Below, in pieces: positions 24,486 to 35,776 of a stretch of 64,000 bases of DNA. The first letter of the stretch is position 1; each line of letters begins with the position of its first letter. Source of the stretch: an uncultured Gemmatimonadales bacterium (GTDB taxonomy: Bacteria; Gemmatimonadota; Gemmatimonadetes; Gemmatimonadales; Gemmatimonadaceae); assembly GCA_963850905.1 (NCBI GenBank), contig CAWKMU010000003.1, positions 3,424,001 to 3,488,000 on the forward strand. Reading direction: 5' to 3'. The translations under genes were made by a program, and so were the position numbers. The notes beneath the pieces are model-generated. The model was not told where the DNA came from, did no database searches, and saw only the letters and a program-made list of their open reading frames with translations.

Positions 24486-25997
24486 TTATCCACCACTCGA
24501 CGCGCGACGGCCAGGCGGATGACGGCGCGCCCAATCGGCGAGGACGGCCCGGGCCGCGTGGTAGCCGCACATCCCGTGGACGCCGCCGCCCGGCGGTGTG
24601 GACGAGGAGCAGAGATAGAGACCGGGCGCGCCGAGTCGATACGGCGCGCGACCGAGGAGCGGCCGAAACACGAGCTGCTGCAGGGTGTTCGCACCACCAC
24701 TGATGTCGCCCCCGACGAGGTTGGCATCGTAACTCTCGAGACGCGCGGGAGGCATCAGCGACCGGGCGAGCACGACATCCCGAAAGCCAGGGGCGAATCG
24801 CTCGACCTGTGCCTCGATCCGCGCTGCCATATCCATCGTCGACCCATTCGGGACATGGCAGTATGCCCACGCGGTGTGGCGGCCCGACGGCGCGCGCGAG
24901 GGATCGAACAGGGAGGGTTGCACCAACAGGACGAAGGGCCGCTCGGCGTGCTCACCCTGCCATGGTGCCGCTTCCGAGGCCACCATCTCCGCCAACGTGC
25001 CACCCAGGTGCACGGTCGCCGCTCCGGCGCAGGCGGGATCGCGCCAGGGGATCGGCGCCGAGAGCGCCCAGTCGACCTTGTACACACCGGGGCCGTACCG
25101 GTACCTCGTGAGGCCGGCACCGATCCCGCGGGACAGGCGGTTGCCGGCGACCTGGAGGACCTGTCGCGGCGTGAGATCGAGGAGGATCGCATCGGCGGGA
25201 CCGACGTCGGTCACGGACCGCACGGGGGTGCCAGTTTGGATGGTACCACTCAAAGCCGAGAGGTAGCGGACGAGCGCGCTAGCCAAGGCCCCTGCCCCGC
25301 CGCGGGGAATCGGCCATCCCACCGCATGGCCGGCAAGCGCCAGCACCAGACCGAATGCCGATGACCCAACCGCTGTCAGCGGCAGTACGCTATGGGCCGC
25401 GAGGCCGGCAAACAGCGCGCGGGCGCGAGCACCGGCAAATGTGCCACGCGCAACCGCCGTGGCACTCAACACGCCCCGCCCGCCAAATCGCACCAGGAGG
25501 CCCGGGTGTGCCGGGAGACGCAACGGCGGAAGCGGACCCAGGATGTCGTCACAGAGGTCGGCCCAGCGCTCGACGAACGGTCCAACGAGCGCGCGATATC
25601 GCGCCCCGTCGGGGTCGCCCAGGCCAGCCGCCGTTTCGTCCACCGACCGGTGCAACGCCACCGCCGGCGCGTTATCCAGAGGATGCGCCAGCGGGATGGC
25701 CGAATGCACCCATTCGAGGCCGTACGAGGCGAGGGGAAGACTGCGGAAAAACGGCGATGACAGGGCCAGGGGGTGGACGGCCGAGCCTACGTCATGCAAG
25801 AATCCCGGCAGTGTGAGCGCCTCCGACCTCACTCCGCCCCCAGGGACGTCAGCCGCCTCGCGTACGGCGACCGACCAACCAGCACGCGCCAATGCAACGG
25901 CGGCCGCGAGCCCATTTGGCCCGGATCCGACCACCACGGCGCGGCCCGGCTCACCCGCTTCGCCGCGCTGGTCGCTGGCCGCGCCGGCGTCCGACAT
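24486..25997 (-). CDS. Phytoene dehydrogenase-like FAD-dependent oxidoreductase
   Basis: VVVGSGPNGLAAA, PGGGVRSEALTLPGFLHD, LYLCSSSTPPGGGVHGMCG. Confidence 0.88.
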   Translation of the reverse strand: MSDAGAASDQRGEAGEPGRAVVVGSGPNGLAAAVALARAGWSVAVREAADVPGGGVRSEALTLPGFLHDVGSAVHPLALSSPFFRSLPLASYGLEWVHSAIPLAHPLDNAPAVALHRSVDETAAGLGDPDGARYRALVGPFVERWADLCDDILGPLPPLRLPAHPGLLVRFGGRGVLSATAVARGTFAGARARALFAGLAAHSVLPLTAVGSSAFGLVLALAGHAVGWPIPRGGAGALASALVRYLSALSGTIQTGTPVRSVTDVGPADAILLDLTPRQVLQVAGNRLSRGIGAGLTRYRYGPGVYKVDWALSAPIPWRDPACAGAATVHLGGTLAEMVASEAAPWQGEHAERPFVLLVQPSLFDPSRAPSGRHTAWAYCHVPNGSTMDMAARIEAQVERFAPGFRDVVLARSLMPPARLESYDANLVGGDISGGANTLQQLVFRPLLGRAPYRLGAPGLYLCSSSTPPGGGVHGMCGYHAARAVLADWARRHPPGRRASSGG

Positions 25998-27552
25998 GCT
26001 GTGGCCCAGGTGGATCTTCCTCCGCGCGATGGGGCTCATCTTCGGCTCCGCCTTCTACTCACTGCTCTTCCAGATTCACGGGTTGATCGGAGAGCGCGGA
26101 ATCCTCCCTGCGACATCATACTTGCACGCCGTCCGCGACGCGGTCCCGGCCGCGAGTCGGTACTGGCTCGTACCCACGTTGCTGTGGGTGTCCTCGAGCG
26201 ACCGCGCGCTCAGTATCGTCGTCTGGGTCGGTCTCGCGGCCTCGTTACTCCTGGCGCTCAACGTGGTCCCGCGGCTGGCCTCCGTCCTGTGCACGGTCGC
26301 CTTTCTCTCCTGCATCGCGGCCCTGCAGGAGTTCGCCTCGTATCAGTCCGACGGGATGCTGCTCCAAGCAGGCGTCGCGTGCGTGTGCCTCGCCCCCGCA
26401 GGGATGCGGCCCGGACTGGCCGCGTCGGCTCCTCCGTCTCGCGCCGCCATCTGGCTGCTGCGATGGGAATGGTTTGCCATCTATTTCGAGTCGGGAGTGG
26501 TCAAGATCCTGAGCGGTGACGTCCAGTGGCGCACGCTGACAGCCATGGACCACTATTACGAAGATAGCCCCCTGCCGGCATGGCCCGGTTGGTACGCACA
26601 GCAACTGCCGCACGCCTTCCACGCGGCCACCGTGCTGCTGACGTTCGCGTTGGAGTTCGTCGCGCCTTGGGTGGTGTTCCTCACCCGCCGGCCGCGAATC
26701 ATCCTCGCGGGCATCGTCTCCGCCTTCCAGGTCGGCATCATCGTCACCTCCAACTACGGCTTCTTGAACGTGCTCGTCCTCCTGCTCGGCGTGGCGCTCG
26801 TCGACGACCGCGCGCTCACAGGGGCCGCACGGTGGCTGAGCGAGCGCGTGCCGCGCGCGGTTCGCTCGCGCGGAGACGCCATGCTCGCACACCTGCGCGG
26901 CGCCGCGCGGCTCCGCCACCGCAGCGGATTGCCGGAGTTGCCCTCGACGAGGCGTGGCTCGCGGTGGTACGGCTGGCTCACCGTCGCCGTCCTGGTCATC
27001 ACGGTGTACGTGGGCGTCGTCGACTTCCTGCCGGTCGCACTCCCCGAGGGACTGCGCACGCCGGCCCGTCTGCTGGCGCCATTCCGCGTGGCCAATGCGT
27101 ACGGCTTGTACGCCGTGATGACGACCGCCGAGTACGAGATCGAGTTTCAGGGACGCGGCAACGATACCACGTGGGTGCCGTACCCGTTTCGCTACAAGCC
27201 CCAGAACCCGAGCGTCGCACCGCGCCTTTACGTCCCCTACCAACCGCGGTTCGACTGGAACCTGTGGTTTGCCTCCCTAGCCCCTTGGAACAACAACCCG
27301 TGGGTCGTCATGACGCAGGTCCAACTGCTGACCAACGACCCGAGTGTGCTCTCCCTCTTCGCCGCGAACCCCTTTGCCGCCAGCCCGCCGACCGCCGTGC
27401 GAAGCGTGCTCTGGCGATACTGGTTCACGGATGACGCGACGCGTCGCCGCACCGGCCAATGGTGGCATCGCGAGCTGCTGGGTCTTTACGGGGGCACCGT
27501 TAGCCGAGCCAGCGACGGGTCGGTGCATTTTGAACCGCCGAACCCCAATTAG
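25996..27552 (+). CDS. Lipase maturation factor (LMF) family membrane protein
   Basis: RWIFLRAMGLIF.SAFYSL, GERGILPA, IYFESGVVK, YGLYAVMT, WVPYPFRYKP, PYQPRFDWNLWF. Start uncertain. Confidence 0.88.
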   Translation: MLWPRWIFLRAMGLIFGSAFYSLLFQIHGLIGERGILPATSYLHAVRDAVPAASRYWLVPTLLWVSSSDRALSIVVWVGLAASLLLALNVVPRLASVLCTVAFLSCIAALQEFASYQSDGMLLQAGVACVCLAPAGMRPGLAASAPPSRAAIWLLRWEWFAIYFESGVVKILSGDVQWRTLTAMDHYYEDSPLPAWPGWYAQQLPHAFHAATVLLTFALEFVAPWVVFLTRRPRIILAGIVSAFQVGIIVTSNYGFLNVLVLLLGVALVDDRALTGAARWLSERVPRAVRSRGDAMLAHLRGAARLRHRSGLPELPSTRRGSRWYGWLTVAVLVITVYVGVVDFLPVALPEGLRTPARLLAPFRVANAYGLYAVMTTAEYEIEFQGRGNDTTWVPYPFRYKPQNPSVAPRLYVPYQPRFDWNLWFASLAPWNNNPWVVMTQVQLLTNDPSVLSLFAANPFAASPPTAVRSVLWRYWFTDDATRRRTGQWWHRELLGLYGGTVSRASDGSVHFEPPNPN

Positions 27553-27553
27553 G

Positions 27554-27594
27554 TCGTCCAGTGTCTAGCGTCCAGCGTCTAGCGTCTAGCCTCC
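27554..27594 (+). repeat. Heptamer tandem array (GCGTCYA), ~6 units
   Basis: TCGTCCA GTGTCTA GCGTCCA GCGTCTA GCGTCTA GCCTCC between convergent genes. Confidence 0.8.
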
Positions 27595-30037
27595 CGGCGT
27601 CTTTACCGGACACAGCCTCATCCCCGTGGGCCGCATCAGCGCGACGAACCGTGGGTCGTGCTTCAGGGCGTCGAACGTCGGATCGCATGCGAGTCCGGTC
27701 CACATTGGCTCGGCCGCGTGCCGCTCGACCCCCCGGGCCACCCACGCCAGCGCAGAGTCGCGGTGCCCCAGCGCGAGCTGCGCGTCGGCAAAATCGAGGG
27801 GATGAGACGGCGCCGCTTCTGACATCGGGCCGCATCGCCGCCAGCAGTGAATCGCCCACCGCCCGCCGGCCTTCGGCAACCTCGGCCCACGTGGCTGCAC
27901 TCCGGATGCCCATGCCACGCGGCGCCGTATGGAGCGCATGCTCCGCGGCGAGGAGCGCGCTGTCGGGGTGGCCCCCGAACAGCTCCGCCTCGATGAGCGT
28001 CGCGTGCAGCCCCGCCAGCGTCGAGTCGAGGGCCAGGCCGTGTCGCGCGATCCCGGCCGCGTCACCGTACCGGCCGGCGTCGACTAGCGCCGAGCTCAGG
28101 ATCTGGCTCGTCATCGGCGTCAACGGGTCAATGTCGTAGGCCATCATCGCATGGTTCACGGCCTCATCGGCTTCGCCCAGCGCGATGAAGAGGTCCGCGT
28201 GCCAGAGATGCACGAGCGGATTCGACGGATCGAGCGCCACGCTCCGATTCAGCTCGGCGTCCGCGTCGGCCCACCGCCATTGCTGGATACGGACCTCGCC
28301 CAACGCAAGATGCGCATCCGCGAGTCCCGGGTCGGACGCCAGAGCCTGCGTCGCTTCACGCTCCGCAAGCGGCATCACGGAGTCCGCCCGGGCGCCGCCA
28401 TAGCGTGGCAGCAGCAGATACGACATCGCGAGCGCAGCGTGTGCGCGCGCGAAGGTAGAGTCGCGCGCAATCGCCTGCTGGTACAACGCAACTGCGTGCC
28501 AGAGCGATGGGGCATCGCCCTTCGTGAAGAAGTAGCGGCCTTGCAGGAAAAGATCGTAGGCGGTCAGATCGGTCGTACCATGCGGACCGAGTGCGGGCGG
28601 GGTCGTGTCCGCGGGGATGCCCATGAGTCGCGTATGGAGCGCCGCCGCAATGTCCCGCGCCAATGCATCTTCGACCTGGAAGATGTCGGCCTCCTGCCGC
28701 TCGTACGCGTCACTCCAGATCGCAAGGCCATCGCCCGTGTTGACGAGTTGCACCGTCACTCTCAATCGGCCCGCCGCGCGACGGACGCTTCCCTCGAGCA
28801 CCTCACCAACGTGCAGCTTGGTGCCCACGTCGTGGACGTTGACCGTATCCCCGCGAAAGGTGAACGCCGAGCTGCGCGCGGCGACGCGCAGCCCTGGAAT
28901 GCGAACCAGCGCAGTCGCCAGCTCGTCGGCCATACCATCCGCGAAGTACTCGGCCGCCGTGTCATGACCGACATTGGTGAACGGGAGGACGGCGATCAAT
29001 GGCGTGGTGGCTGCGTCCCGGGCCATCGCCTCCGAATGACGCCGCGACCGGACGGCCACTACCCCTACTAGTGTGATTGCGATCGCGGCAGCGATCACGC
29101 GCCACGCAGATCGAATCGAAACCGAAACAGGCGCACCGGGCGCCGCCGCCGGCCGCACCGTCCCCGGTGCCGGCGTCGACATCGCATCGATCGCGTGCAC
29201 CACCTCGTCTGCGCTCCCCGGACGCTTGACGGGCTCTTTGTCCAGGCAGCGCATGACCAAGCCGGCAAGCACGGGGGGCGTACCCGGACATCGGTCGCGG
29301 ACCGACACCGGCAGCTCGATCGCGTGCGCCGCGACCATCGCCTGTGCGGACCTTCCCGCGAACGGCGTGTTCCCCGTCAACATCTCGTACGCAGTCACGC
29401 CAAGTGCGTAGAGGTCCGCTCGGTAATCGATTGCCGGATCTGCGAGTGCTTGCTCGGGGGCCATGTACGCAGGCGTGCCAAGTGCCACGCCCATCGACGT
29501 AATGCCGGCAAGGCCGGAGGCCTCCGGCGTTGTCGTCGACGCAGCAATCGCCTTGGCCACCCCGAAGTCGGCGACCAGCGCGTGGTGCTTCGTGAGGAGA
29601 ATGTTGTCAGGCTTGATGTCGCGGTGAACGACGCCGCGTTCGTGTGCGTAGGCAAGCGCTGACGCCACGTCACGCATGATACGGGCGACTTCGGCGGCGG
29701 GGAGCGGACCCGTCCTGACGAGCCGAGCCCGCAAGGATTCGCCATCGACGAACGGCATGGTGAAGTACGGCAGGCCATCCGCGTCACCGGCAGCGATCAA
29801 CGGGACGATGCTGGGATGCTGTAGGCGAGCCGCCAGGAGAATCTCGCGCCGAAAGCGCTCGTGACTCACGGCGGCCGACATCTCGGGGGCCAACACCTTG
29901 ATGACGAGCTTGCGTGCCAAGGTGTGCTCCACAGCCACAAACACCCGCGACATCCCGCCACCACCGAGCTCGCGTTCGATGGTGTACGAGGCCCCGAGCG
30001 ACGCCTGCAGTTGTGACTGGAGTCCTTCTAGCTCCAA
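27586..30037 (-). CDS. Hanks-type Ser/Thr kinase with TM helix, TolB-N-like domain and TPRs; apparent +1 frameshift near 27800
   Basis: LGGGGMSRV, HRDIKPDN, DFGVAK, GTPAYMAPE, IAVLPFTN...YFADGMADEL. The usual tail DPTFDALKHDPRF is in the frame ending at 27586. Confidence 0.9.
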
Positions 30038-30098
30038 ACGACTCTTCCTGGCTCCGGCTGACCCGTTGGTGTGCGGGTCCTAACATAGCCGCATGGCC

Positions 30099-32303
30099 TC
30101 AGTGTCGCACGTCCTCGCGCGCTTCGGCGCGCCAGGCGGTGAAGAGCGAATCGCGCGACACGGGATAAAAGGCCGGCAGCGCCCCCGGCGCCGAAGACGC
30201 TGGATGGACGATGTACACCGGCCGGTCCGGGTACGCGGCAACGAGAAGCGTATCACGCCCGTGCAAATCGCGCGCGTACACGTTACCGTCGGCAGCACCG
30301 ACGGCGAGGAGGACGGCAAGCGGCGAGCTCCCCGCGGCGGCTTCAGCTAGTCGTCGCTCGCAATGTGGCGGGTACGCGTAGCCCCGCTGCACCCGCAAGC
30401 GCTCGCCAGCGGGCCCGCCGGCCCGTACGATGCCCACTGTCGTCGAGTCGCGCAGCAGCGGGGCAAAGGCCGAATAGAGCGCAGCGTCATCGCGGTCGCC
30501 ACGTCGTGCGCGCGCTTCCAGTGCCGCCACCGCGGAATCGAGCCGGCACACGTCGACCTCACGATACAACGTCTCGACATGCTCATGCGACACACCGAGT
30601 GCCCAGAGGCGGGCGATCAGCTGCGCGACCCACCCTTCGCGAACGAAAACCAGCGCATTGCGCACGCCCGACTGCGCCGCCACCTCCGGTGTCGCCCACC
30701 GCTCTGTCGCGAAGTTGTGCCGGTATTCGGCCGCCCGAAGCGGGACGCCGAGCACGAGAGCGATCGCGGCGCTGGTGGCGAGCGCACCGATCGAGACGCG
30801 ATTGACGAATGCCGCCGTCGCCGCCGTCCGCGGTGACACACGCAGGCGCTCGCGCAGCAGTGACGGGAAGCGCACGGTCCACAGCGCGGCTACGGGTCCG
30901 AAGGTGTACACAAACCGCGGGCCCAGGAAGTTGCCGTCCGCCCAATAAGCGAAGTAGAGGCCCGTGACGAGCGCGCAGCTGATCAGGAGATACCGATCGG
31001 GCGGACGCAGTCGCTTCGTCAGTGCGAGCGCCCCGATCGCTGGAAGCAAGGCAGGGACCGGCGTCTCGTACAGATAATCCTGCAACCGGAGAAAATAGAG
31101 GTTGACGAGCTGCAACCCCCGCGCAGGGGTATGCGTTCCGCCCCATGGTGCCCGGTGGAATCCCAGATCGTGGTCGTGGCCCCACAGCACCTGATAACCG
31201 AAGAGCAGCGGTGCGCCCGTCGTGTGCGCGTTCACGTACAGCATCGCGCATATCGGCAGCGCCACGCCGGCCAGCGCGGCCAACGCGTCAGCCCATCGGC
31301 GCGGCGTTCGAAGCGCGCGCCACACGTACCAGACAGCGGCCGGCGCCGCAAACGCCAGCGCATCGACCGGTCGAATCGTCGCGGCGGCGCCAAACCCGAG
31401 TCCGCTGACGAATGCCAGGCCTGGACGTCCACCCTCCTCCGCTGGCCGTGCGGTGACGTGCAGGAGCGCGCCGGCGCCTACGAGAATGCCCATCAGCGCG
31501 GTGACATGGTTCATGTGCGATCCGGACATGAACACCGTGAAGGGAGCGACCGCAAACAGCGCCACCGCCGCGATCGCGATGCGCGCGTTGGGCTCGGCCA
31601 CGCGTGCCAGCGCGGCGAACGCAATGACAGACAGCGCCGCGCAGACCGGCACGACGAGCCACGTGGCGCCCGCGAGGACGCCGAGCGCGAGCAAGGCGGG
31701 GCCACCCGGCGGAAACTGGGAGTACACCCGTCCGCCGGCATCGACCATGAGGAGGGAGCTGAAGAACTCTGGATGGGACGGCGCCGGAAGCCACAGGTGG
31801 CCCGCGGCGAAGATCTGGGCCTGCCGTTCTTCGACGATCTCATCGACCAGCAACGGGCGCCCGTGGAAGAGCCAGTGCGCGACTGCGATGTACAAACAGG
31901 CGCCGAAGAGTGCGATGGCGGCGACGGCGAGGTGGGGCGAGCGTTCCGCGCGGGACCCCAACCAGTCGGCCAGCCTGGTGGGCAAGCGCCACTGCGATCC
32001 GCGGCCCAGGATCGCGAGCACGACGCCCACCCCGACCGCGATGCCAGTGCCCGAGCTCCACTGGGCGAGCTTGCTCGCGTACTCGGGGAACTCGTAGCCG
32101 GCAGCGATCCAGTTGGCGATCGGCAGGAACCCCAGCGCCGCGACCACAACCGCGACCGCGAGAGGGATCGCGGACCACGTTTGGCCTGACTCGTCCCGGT
32201 CGGCGGGCTGCATCGCGTGCGCTCCGCCGCCGACAGCAACAGTGAGCGGAATGCTGCGGTTCCGTAGTGGCGTTCGGTTGGCAGTGCTGCCAGTGTCATC
32301 CAT
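30099..32303 (-). CDS. Polytopic membrane protein, putative GT-C (ArnT/PMT-like) glycosyltransferase
   Basis: Many TM helices, LVDE acidic motif in the first loop, YSQFPPGGP, GPRF. Confidence 0.7.
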   Translation of the reverse strand: MDDTGSTANRTPLRNRSIPLTVAVGGGAHAMQPADRDESGQTWSAIPLAVAVVVAALGFLPIANWIAAGYEFPEYASKLAQWSSGTGIAVGVGVVLAILGRGSQWRLPTRLADWLGSRAERSPHLAVAAIALFGACLYIAVAHWLFHGRPLLVDEIVEERQAQIFAAGHLWLPAPSHPEFFSSLLMVDAGGRVYSQFPPGGPALLALGVLAGATWLVVPVCAALSVIAFAALARVAEPNARIAIAAVALFAVAPFTVFMSGSHMNHVTALMGILVGAGALLHVTARPAEEGGRPGLAFVSGLGFGAAATIRPVDALAFAAPAAVWYVWRALRTPRRWADALAALAGVALPICAMLYVNAHTTGAPLLFGYQVLWGHDHDLGFHRAPWGGTHTPARGLQLVNLYFLRLQDYLYETPVPALLPAIGALALTKRLRPPDRYLLISCALVTGLYFAYWADGNFLGPRFVYTFGPVAALWTVRFPSLLRERLRVSPRTAATAAFVNRVSIGALATSAAIALVLGVPLRAAEYRHNFATERWATPEVAAQSGVRNALVFVREGWVAQLIARLWALGVSHEHVETLYREVDVCRLDSAVAALEARARRGDRDDAALYSAFAPLLRDSTTVGIVRAGGPAGERLRVQRGYAYPPHCERRLAEAAAGSSPLAVLLAVGAADGNVYARDLHGRDTLLVAAYPDRPVYIVHPASSAPGALPAFYPVSRDSLFTAWRAEAREDVRH

Positions 32304-32354
32304 GCCACATAGAGACGAACCAAATCAGTCGTTGATTTCCCCCCGGGCCATCGC

Positions 32355-32431
32355 GCCTCCAGCGTCTAGCGTTTGGCGTCCAGCGTCTAGCGTCTAACGT
32401 CTGGCGTCTGGCGTCTGGCGTCTAGCGTCCA
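32355..32431 (+). repeat. Heptamer tandem array (RCGTCYR), 11 units
   Basis: GCCTCCA GCGTCTA GCGTTTG GCGTCCA GCGTCTA GCGTCTA ACGTCTG GCGTCTG GCGTCTG GCGTCTA GCGTCCA. Confidence 0.9.
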
Positions 32432-32502
32432 GCCTTCTCGGACCTCCAAACCCCACCGCCTACGGCGTTGTCAGAAAGGCTGACTCCCGCCCAGGCGAAG
32501 CG

Positions 32503-34932
32503 ATGAGGGACAATCTGCGATATGCATGGCGCCGCGCTCGAGCGACGCCGATCGTCACCGGCATAGCCGTCTTGACGGTGGCGCTCGGCATCGGAGCCGC
32601 GACGACGGTATTTAGCGTCGCCAATGCAGTGGTCTTCCGTTCCCTACCCTATCCGCAACCGGATCAGCTCGTGATGGTCTGGGATCGCTGGACGGGTTGG
32701 CCGTCGACATGGCTGTCGGACGCCGAGTTTCTGGACTATCAGGACAAGGCCCGATCGTTCACTGCGGTGGGCGTCGGTTTCGATGATTGGCGGAACCTGA
32801 CCGGCGGCGACCGGCCCGATCGCGTGCACGTCGGCGTCGTCTCGCAAAGCACGTTTGATGTGCTTCGAGTCCCGCCGCTCGTGGGGCGGGTGTTCACGGC
32901 GGAAGAAGACCATCGCGGCGGGCCGCGCGTGGCCGTGATGAGCGAGCGACTCTGGCGGCGGCGATACAATGCCGATCCAGGGATCCTCGGACGCCACGTG
33001 CTGCTGAATGACAGCAGCACGACGATTGTCGGCGTCATGCCCGCGAGCTTTCAGTTGCCCCTCGACTTCGCGGGCGATCCGATCGATCTCTGGATGCCGC
33101 TGGCCCTCGGCAACGTCGATCGCACCGTCCGCGGCGGTCACTATCTGACCGCGATCGCTCGCCTCCGCCCGGGCGTGACGCAGCAAGCCGCAGATCGCGA
33201 AGTCGTCGGCATGGCGAAGCAGATGACCATCGACTATCCGCGTGGCTACCCGCCGAACTTTGGCGCATTCACGCGATCAATGACCAGTCAGGTGATCGGG
33301 CCCATCCGGCCAACCGTGTTCGTGCTGACTGCAGCAGTGGGCCTCGTGCTGTTCATCGCGTGCGCCAACGTCGCCAACATTCTCCTGGCGAGAGCGCACG
33401 CGCGCCAGCGCGAGATGGCCGTCCGAGCGTCGCTGGGCGCCACGGGTCGCGATATCGCCAGGCAGCTGCTCACGGAGTCCGTGCTGCTCGCATCGATGAG
33501 TGGGTGCATGGGCGTGTTGCTCGCCATCATCGGCACGCACCTCGTCGCGGCATATGTCCCCCGGGATGTGCCCCGTATTACCGCAGTCGGGCTCAGCCCG
33601 CTCGCGTTGGCGTTTGCGACCATAGCCACATTGACGACCGGCGTGCTATGCGGACTTGCCCCTGCCTCGCATGCTATCCGTCTCGATCTCATCGAAGCGC
33701 TCAAAGATGCCGGCGCTGGCGGGTCACGGGTCGACCATCGTGGAGAGCGCGCGCGGCGTCTCCTGATTGCCACGGAGGTCGCCCTTTCCGTAATGCTCCT
33801 CGTCGGTGCAGGCCTCCTCGTGCGGAGCTTTGCGCGCCTGATGGAGGTCGACCCGGGGTTCCGACCAACCAATGTGCTTGCGGCAAGCATCTCGCTCCCA
33901 AAGGCGAAATATGCCACTGACGATGCCGTCCGAGCATTCTACCGGCAGGCCATCGACCAGACGCGCGCGCTGCCGGGCGTCGAGGAGGCAGCCGCCGTGC
34001 GGGTGCTACCCATGACCGGCGTGATGGGAGATTGGAATTTTCGTATAGAAGGTGAGGCCACGCCAATGGGCCAGGGATCCGCGGGCGACTGGCAAACGAT
34101 CTCGCCCTCGTATTTCCGAGTGATGGGCATTCCGCTGATTGCCGGCCGGGTCCTCACCGACGCCGACGATGATCGCGCACCGCACGCGGTCGTCATCAAC
34201 GACGCGCTCGCCCGCCGCGCGTGGCCGACCGGCTCACCGGTCGGCCAGCGGATTCGCTTGGGGGGCCTCGACACGTCGTGGTACACAGTCGTCGGCGTCG
34301 TCGGGAACGTCCACCACCGTGGATTGGATGCCGACCCTCGGCCCGAGCTGTATCTGCCCCATGCGCAATGGACGAACGGCGGCGGCGCCATCCGCGACAT
34401 GTACCTCGTCTTGCGCGCGGGCCGCGATCCGAGTTCGCTCGTTGGCGCGGTTCGGCGAACGATCCGCGCACTCGATCCGGACCTACCGCTGACGGACGTC
34501 AAGACGATGACCATGGTCCTGAGCGACTCGACGGCCTCTCGACGGATCAGCTTGATCGTACTCGTCACCATTGCCGCTGCTGCGGCCTCGATCGCGGCCG
34601 TCGGGCTCTATGGCGTGATCAGCTTCGCCGTAGCCCTGCGCACGCGGGACATCGGCATCCGACGCGCACTCGGTGCGACGCCGCGCGCGATCATCACCAT
34701 TGTGGCGCGCCAGGCTGCACCAGCCATTGGGTCGGGCGTCGCGGTCGGCCTCGTTGGCGCCCTCGCCCTCACACGACTCATGCGAGCGCTGCTCTTCCAG
34801 GTACAACCTGCAGATCCGCTGACCTTCGTGTCAGTGGCCGCACTCGTTGCGATCGTCGCCGTCGTCGCGACCTACGTGCCGGCACGGCGAGCAATACGCA
34901 TAGACCCGCTCAGGGCCGTTCGATCGGATTGA
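32503..34932 (+). CDS. Duplicated MacB/FtsX-type ABC permease (ADOP-like orphan permease)
   Basis: DNLRYAWR, LTVALGIGA, IACANVANILLAR, REMAVRASLGA, PARRAIRIDP. Confidence 0.9.
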   Translation: MRDNLRYAWRRARATPIVTGIAVLTVALGIGAATTVFSVANAVVFRSLPYPQPDQLVMVWDRWTGWPSTWLSDAEFLDYQDKARSFTAVGVGFDDWRNLTGGDRPDRVHVGVVSQSTFDVLRVPPLVGRVFTAEEDHRGGPRVAVMSERLWRRRYNADPGILGRHVLLNDSSTTIVGVMPASFQLPLDFAGDPIDLWMPLALGNVDRTVRGGHYLTAIARLRPGVTQQAADREVVGMAKQMTIDYPRGYPPNFGAFTRSMTSQVIGPIRPTVFVLTAAVGLVLFIACANVANILLARAHARQREMAVRASLGATGRDIARQLLTESVLLASMSGCMGVLLAIIGTHLVAAYVPRDVPRITAVGLSPLALAFATIATLTTGVLCGLAPASHAIRLDLIEALKDAGAGGSRVDHRGERARRLLIATEVALSVMLLVGAGLLVRSFARLMEVDPGFRPTNVLAASISLPKAKYATDDAVRAFYRQAIDQTRALPGVEEAAAVRVLPMTGVMGDWNFRIEGEATPMGQGSAGDWQTISPSYFRVMGIPLIAGRVLTDADDDRAPHAVVINDALARRAWPTGSPVGQRIRLGGLDTSWYTVVGVVGNVHHRGLDADPRPELYLPHAQWTNGGGAIRDMYLVLRAGRDPSSLVGAVRRTIRALDPDLPLTDVKTMTMVLSDSTASRRISLIVLVTIAAAAASIAAVGLYGVISFAVALRTRDIGIRRALGATPRAIITIVARQAAPAIGSGVAVGLVGALALTRLMRALLFQVQPADPLTFVSVAALVAIVAVVATYVPARRAIRIDPLRAVRSD

Positions 34933-34975
34933 ATCGCGCCCCGATCGTGATGCGGCCGGTTGCGCATCGCACGGA

Positions 34976-35776
34976 CTACAAATGTCGACGGAACCAACTC
35001 CAAACCGCGTTCTTCCAGCGGATGAGCGGAGGGTCCGGGAGGACGACGGGCGGGCCTGTCGTCGTGTTGGCCGCCGCGATCACACCGACGTCGAGCTCGC
35101 CGTCAGTATTGAACCGATCGCCGCTCGCATTGTGCGCGTCGACACGGGGACCCATCCCCGTGACGGCATACCGCTCGCTGAGCTGCCCCGCCGTCGCCAG
35201 GTCAGCCATCAGGGTGTCGCGCTCTCGGTCGACGTCCGCCTCGATGTGATGCGTCGGCGCGAGCGTGCGATGGCTGATGCCCGCTCGGACATCGTATGTC
35301 GCGTCGCCGATCCAGACCGGGCGCCCCTGGTCGGTCACGCCGTCGGCGAGCCATAGGCGCACGTGGTGCCGGCGACTGGCACTGCGCCCAACCTCTTTCT
35401 CGAAGGCCAGGTCCTGGCGGCGACGAAAGAGATAGAGGGATGACACTGGCGCGGTCGAATCAGGACGGCGCAACAGGACGCTCTTGGCGATCGCGAGGTC
35501 GGCCCTCCGACTCAGGGAATCGGCCTGCGCCCAGCCAGCCTTGGCGAACGCCTCGCGGACTTCCGCCGCGGTCCCGACGAGCGCGATGTTGACGGGGTCG
35601 GCCGGGTTGCCGGACCGATCGTGGGTCCGCGTCGGCACACGCGCAAACGCCGGGTTGTGCTCGTAGTGACGAAACAACAGCGGAGCGACGACGTGCGTGA
35701 GGAGCGCCAGGCCGCCAACGGCAACGACAATGGCGATGAGCGTCGCGCGCGCGGCGAGAGGAACGGCCCGGTTCAC
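34976..35776 (-). CDS. LssY C-terminal domain-like protein
   Basis: DPVNIALVG, APVSSLYLF.RRQDLAF, RHHVRLW, THHIEADVDRERD; N-terminal TM. Confidence 0.75.
   Translation of the reverse strand: MNRAVPLAARATLIAIVVAVGGLALLTHVVAPLLFRHYEHNPAFARVPTRTHDRSGNPADPVNIALVGTAAEVREAFAKAGWAQADSLSRRADLAIAKSVLLRRPDSTAPVSSLYLFRRRQDLAFEKEVGRSASRRHHVRLWLADGVTDQGRPVWIGDATYDVRAGISHRTLAPTHHIEADVDRERDTLMADLATAGQLSERYAVTGMGPRVDAHNASGDRFNTDGELDVGVIAAANTTTGPPVVLPDPPLIRWKNAVWSWFRRHL

Noticed and set aside
25441..25995. 185-aa N-terminal extension of the LMF ORF
   Set aside because: It is antisense to the oxidoreductase coding region and shows no family similarity.
32355..32431. Heptamer arrays as CRISPR or iterons
   Set aside because: Contiguous 7-mers without spacers; no cas or rep gene.
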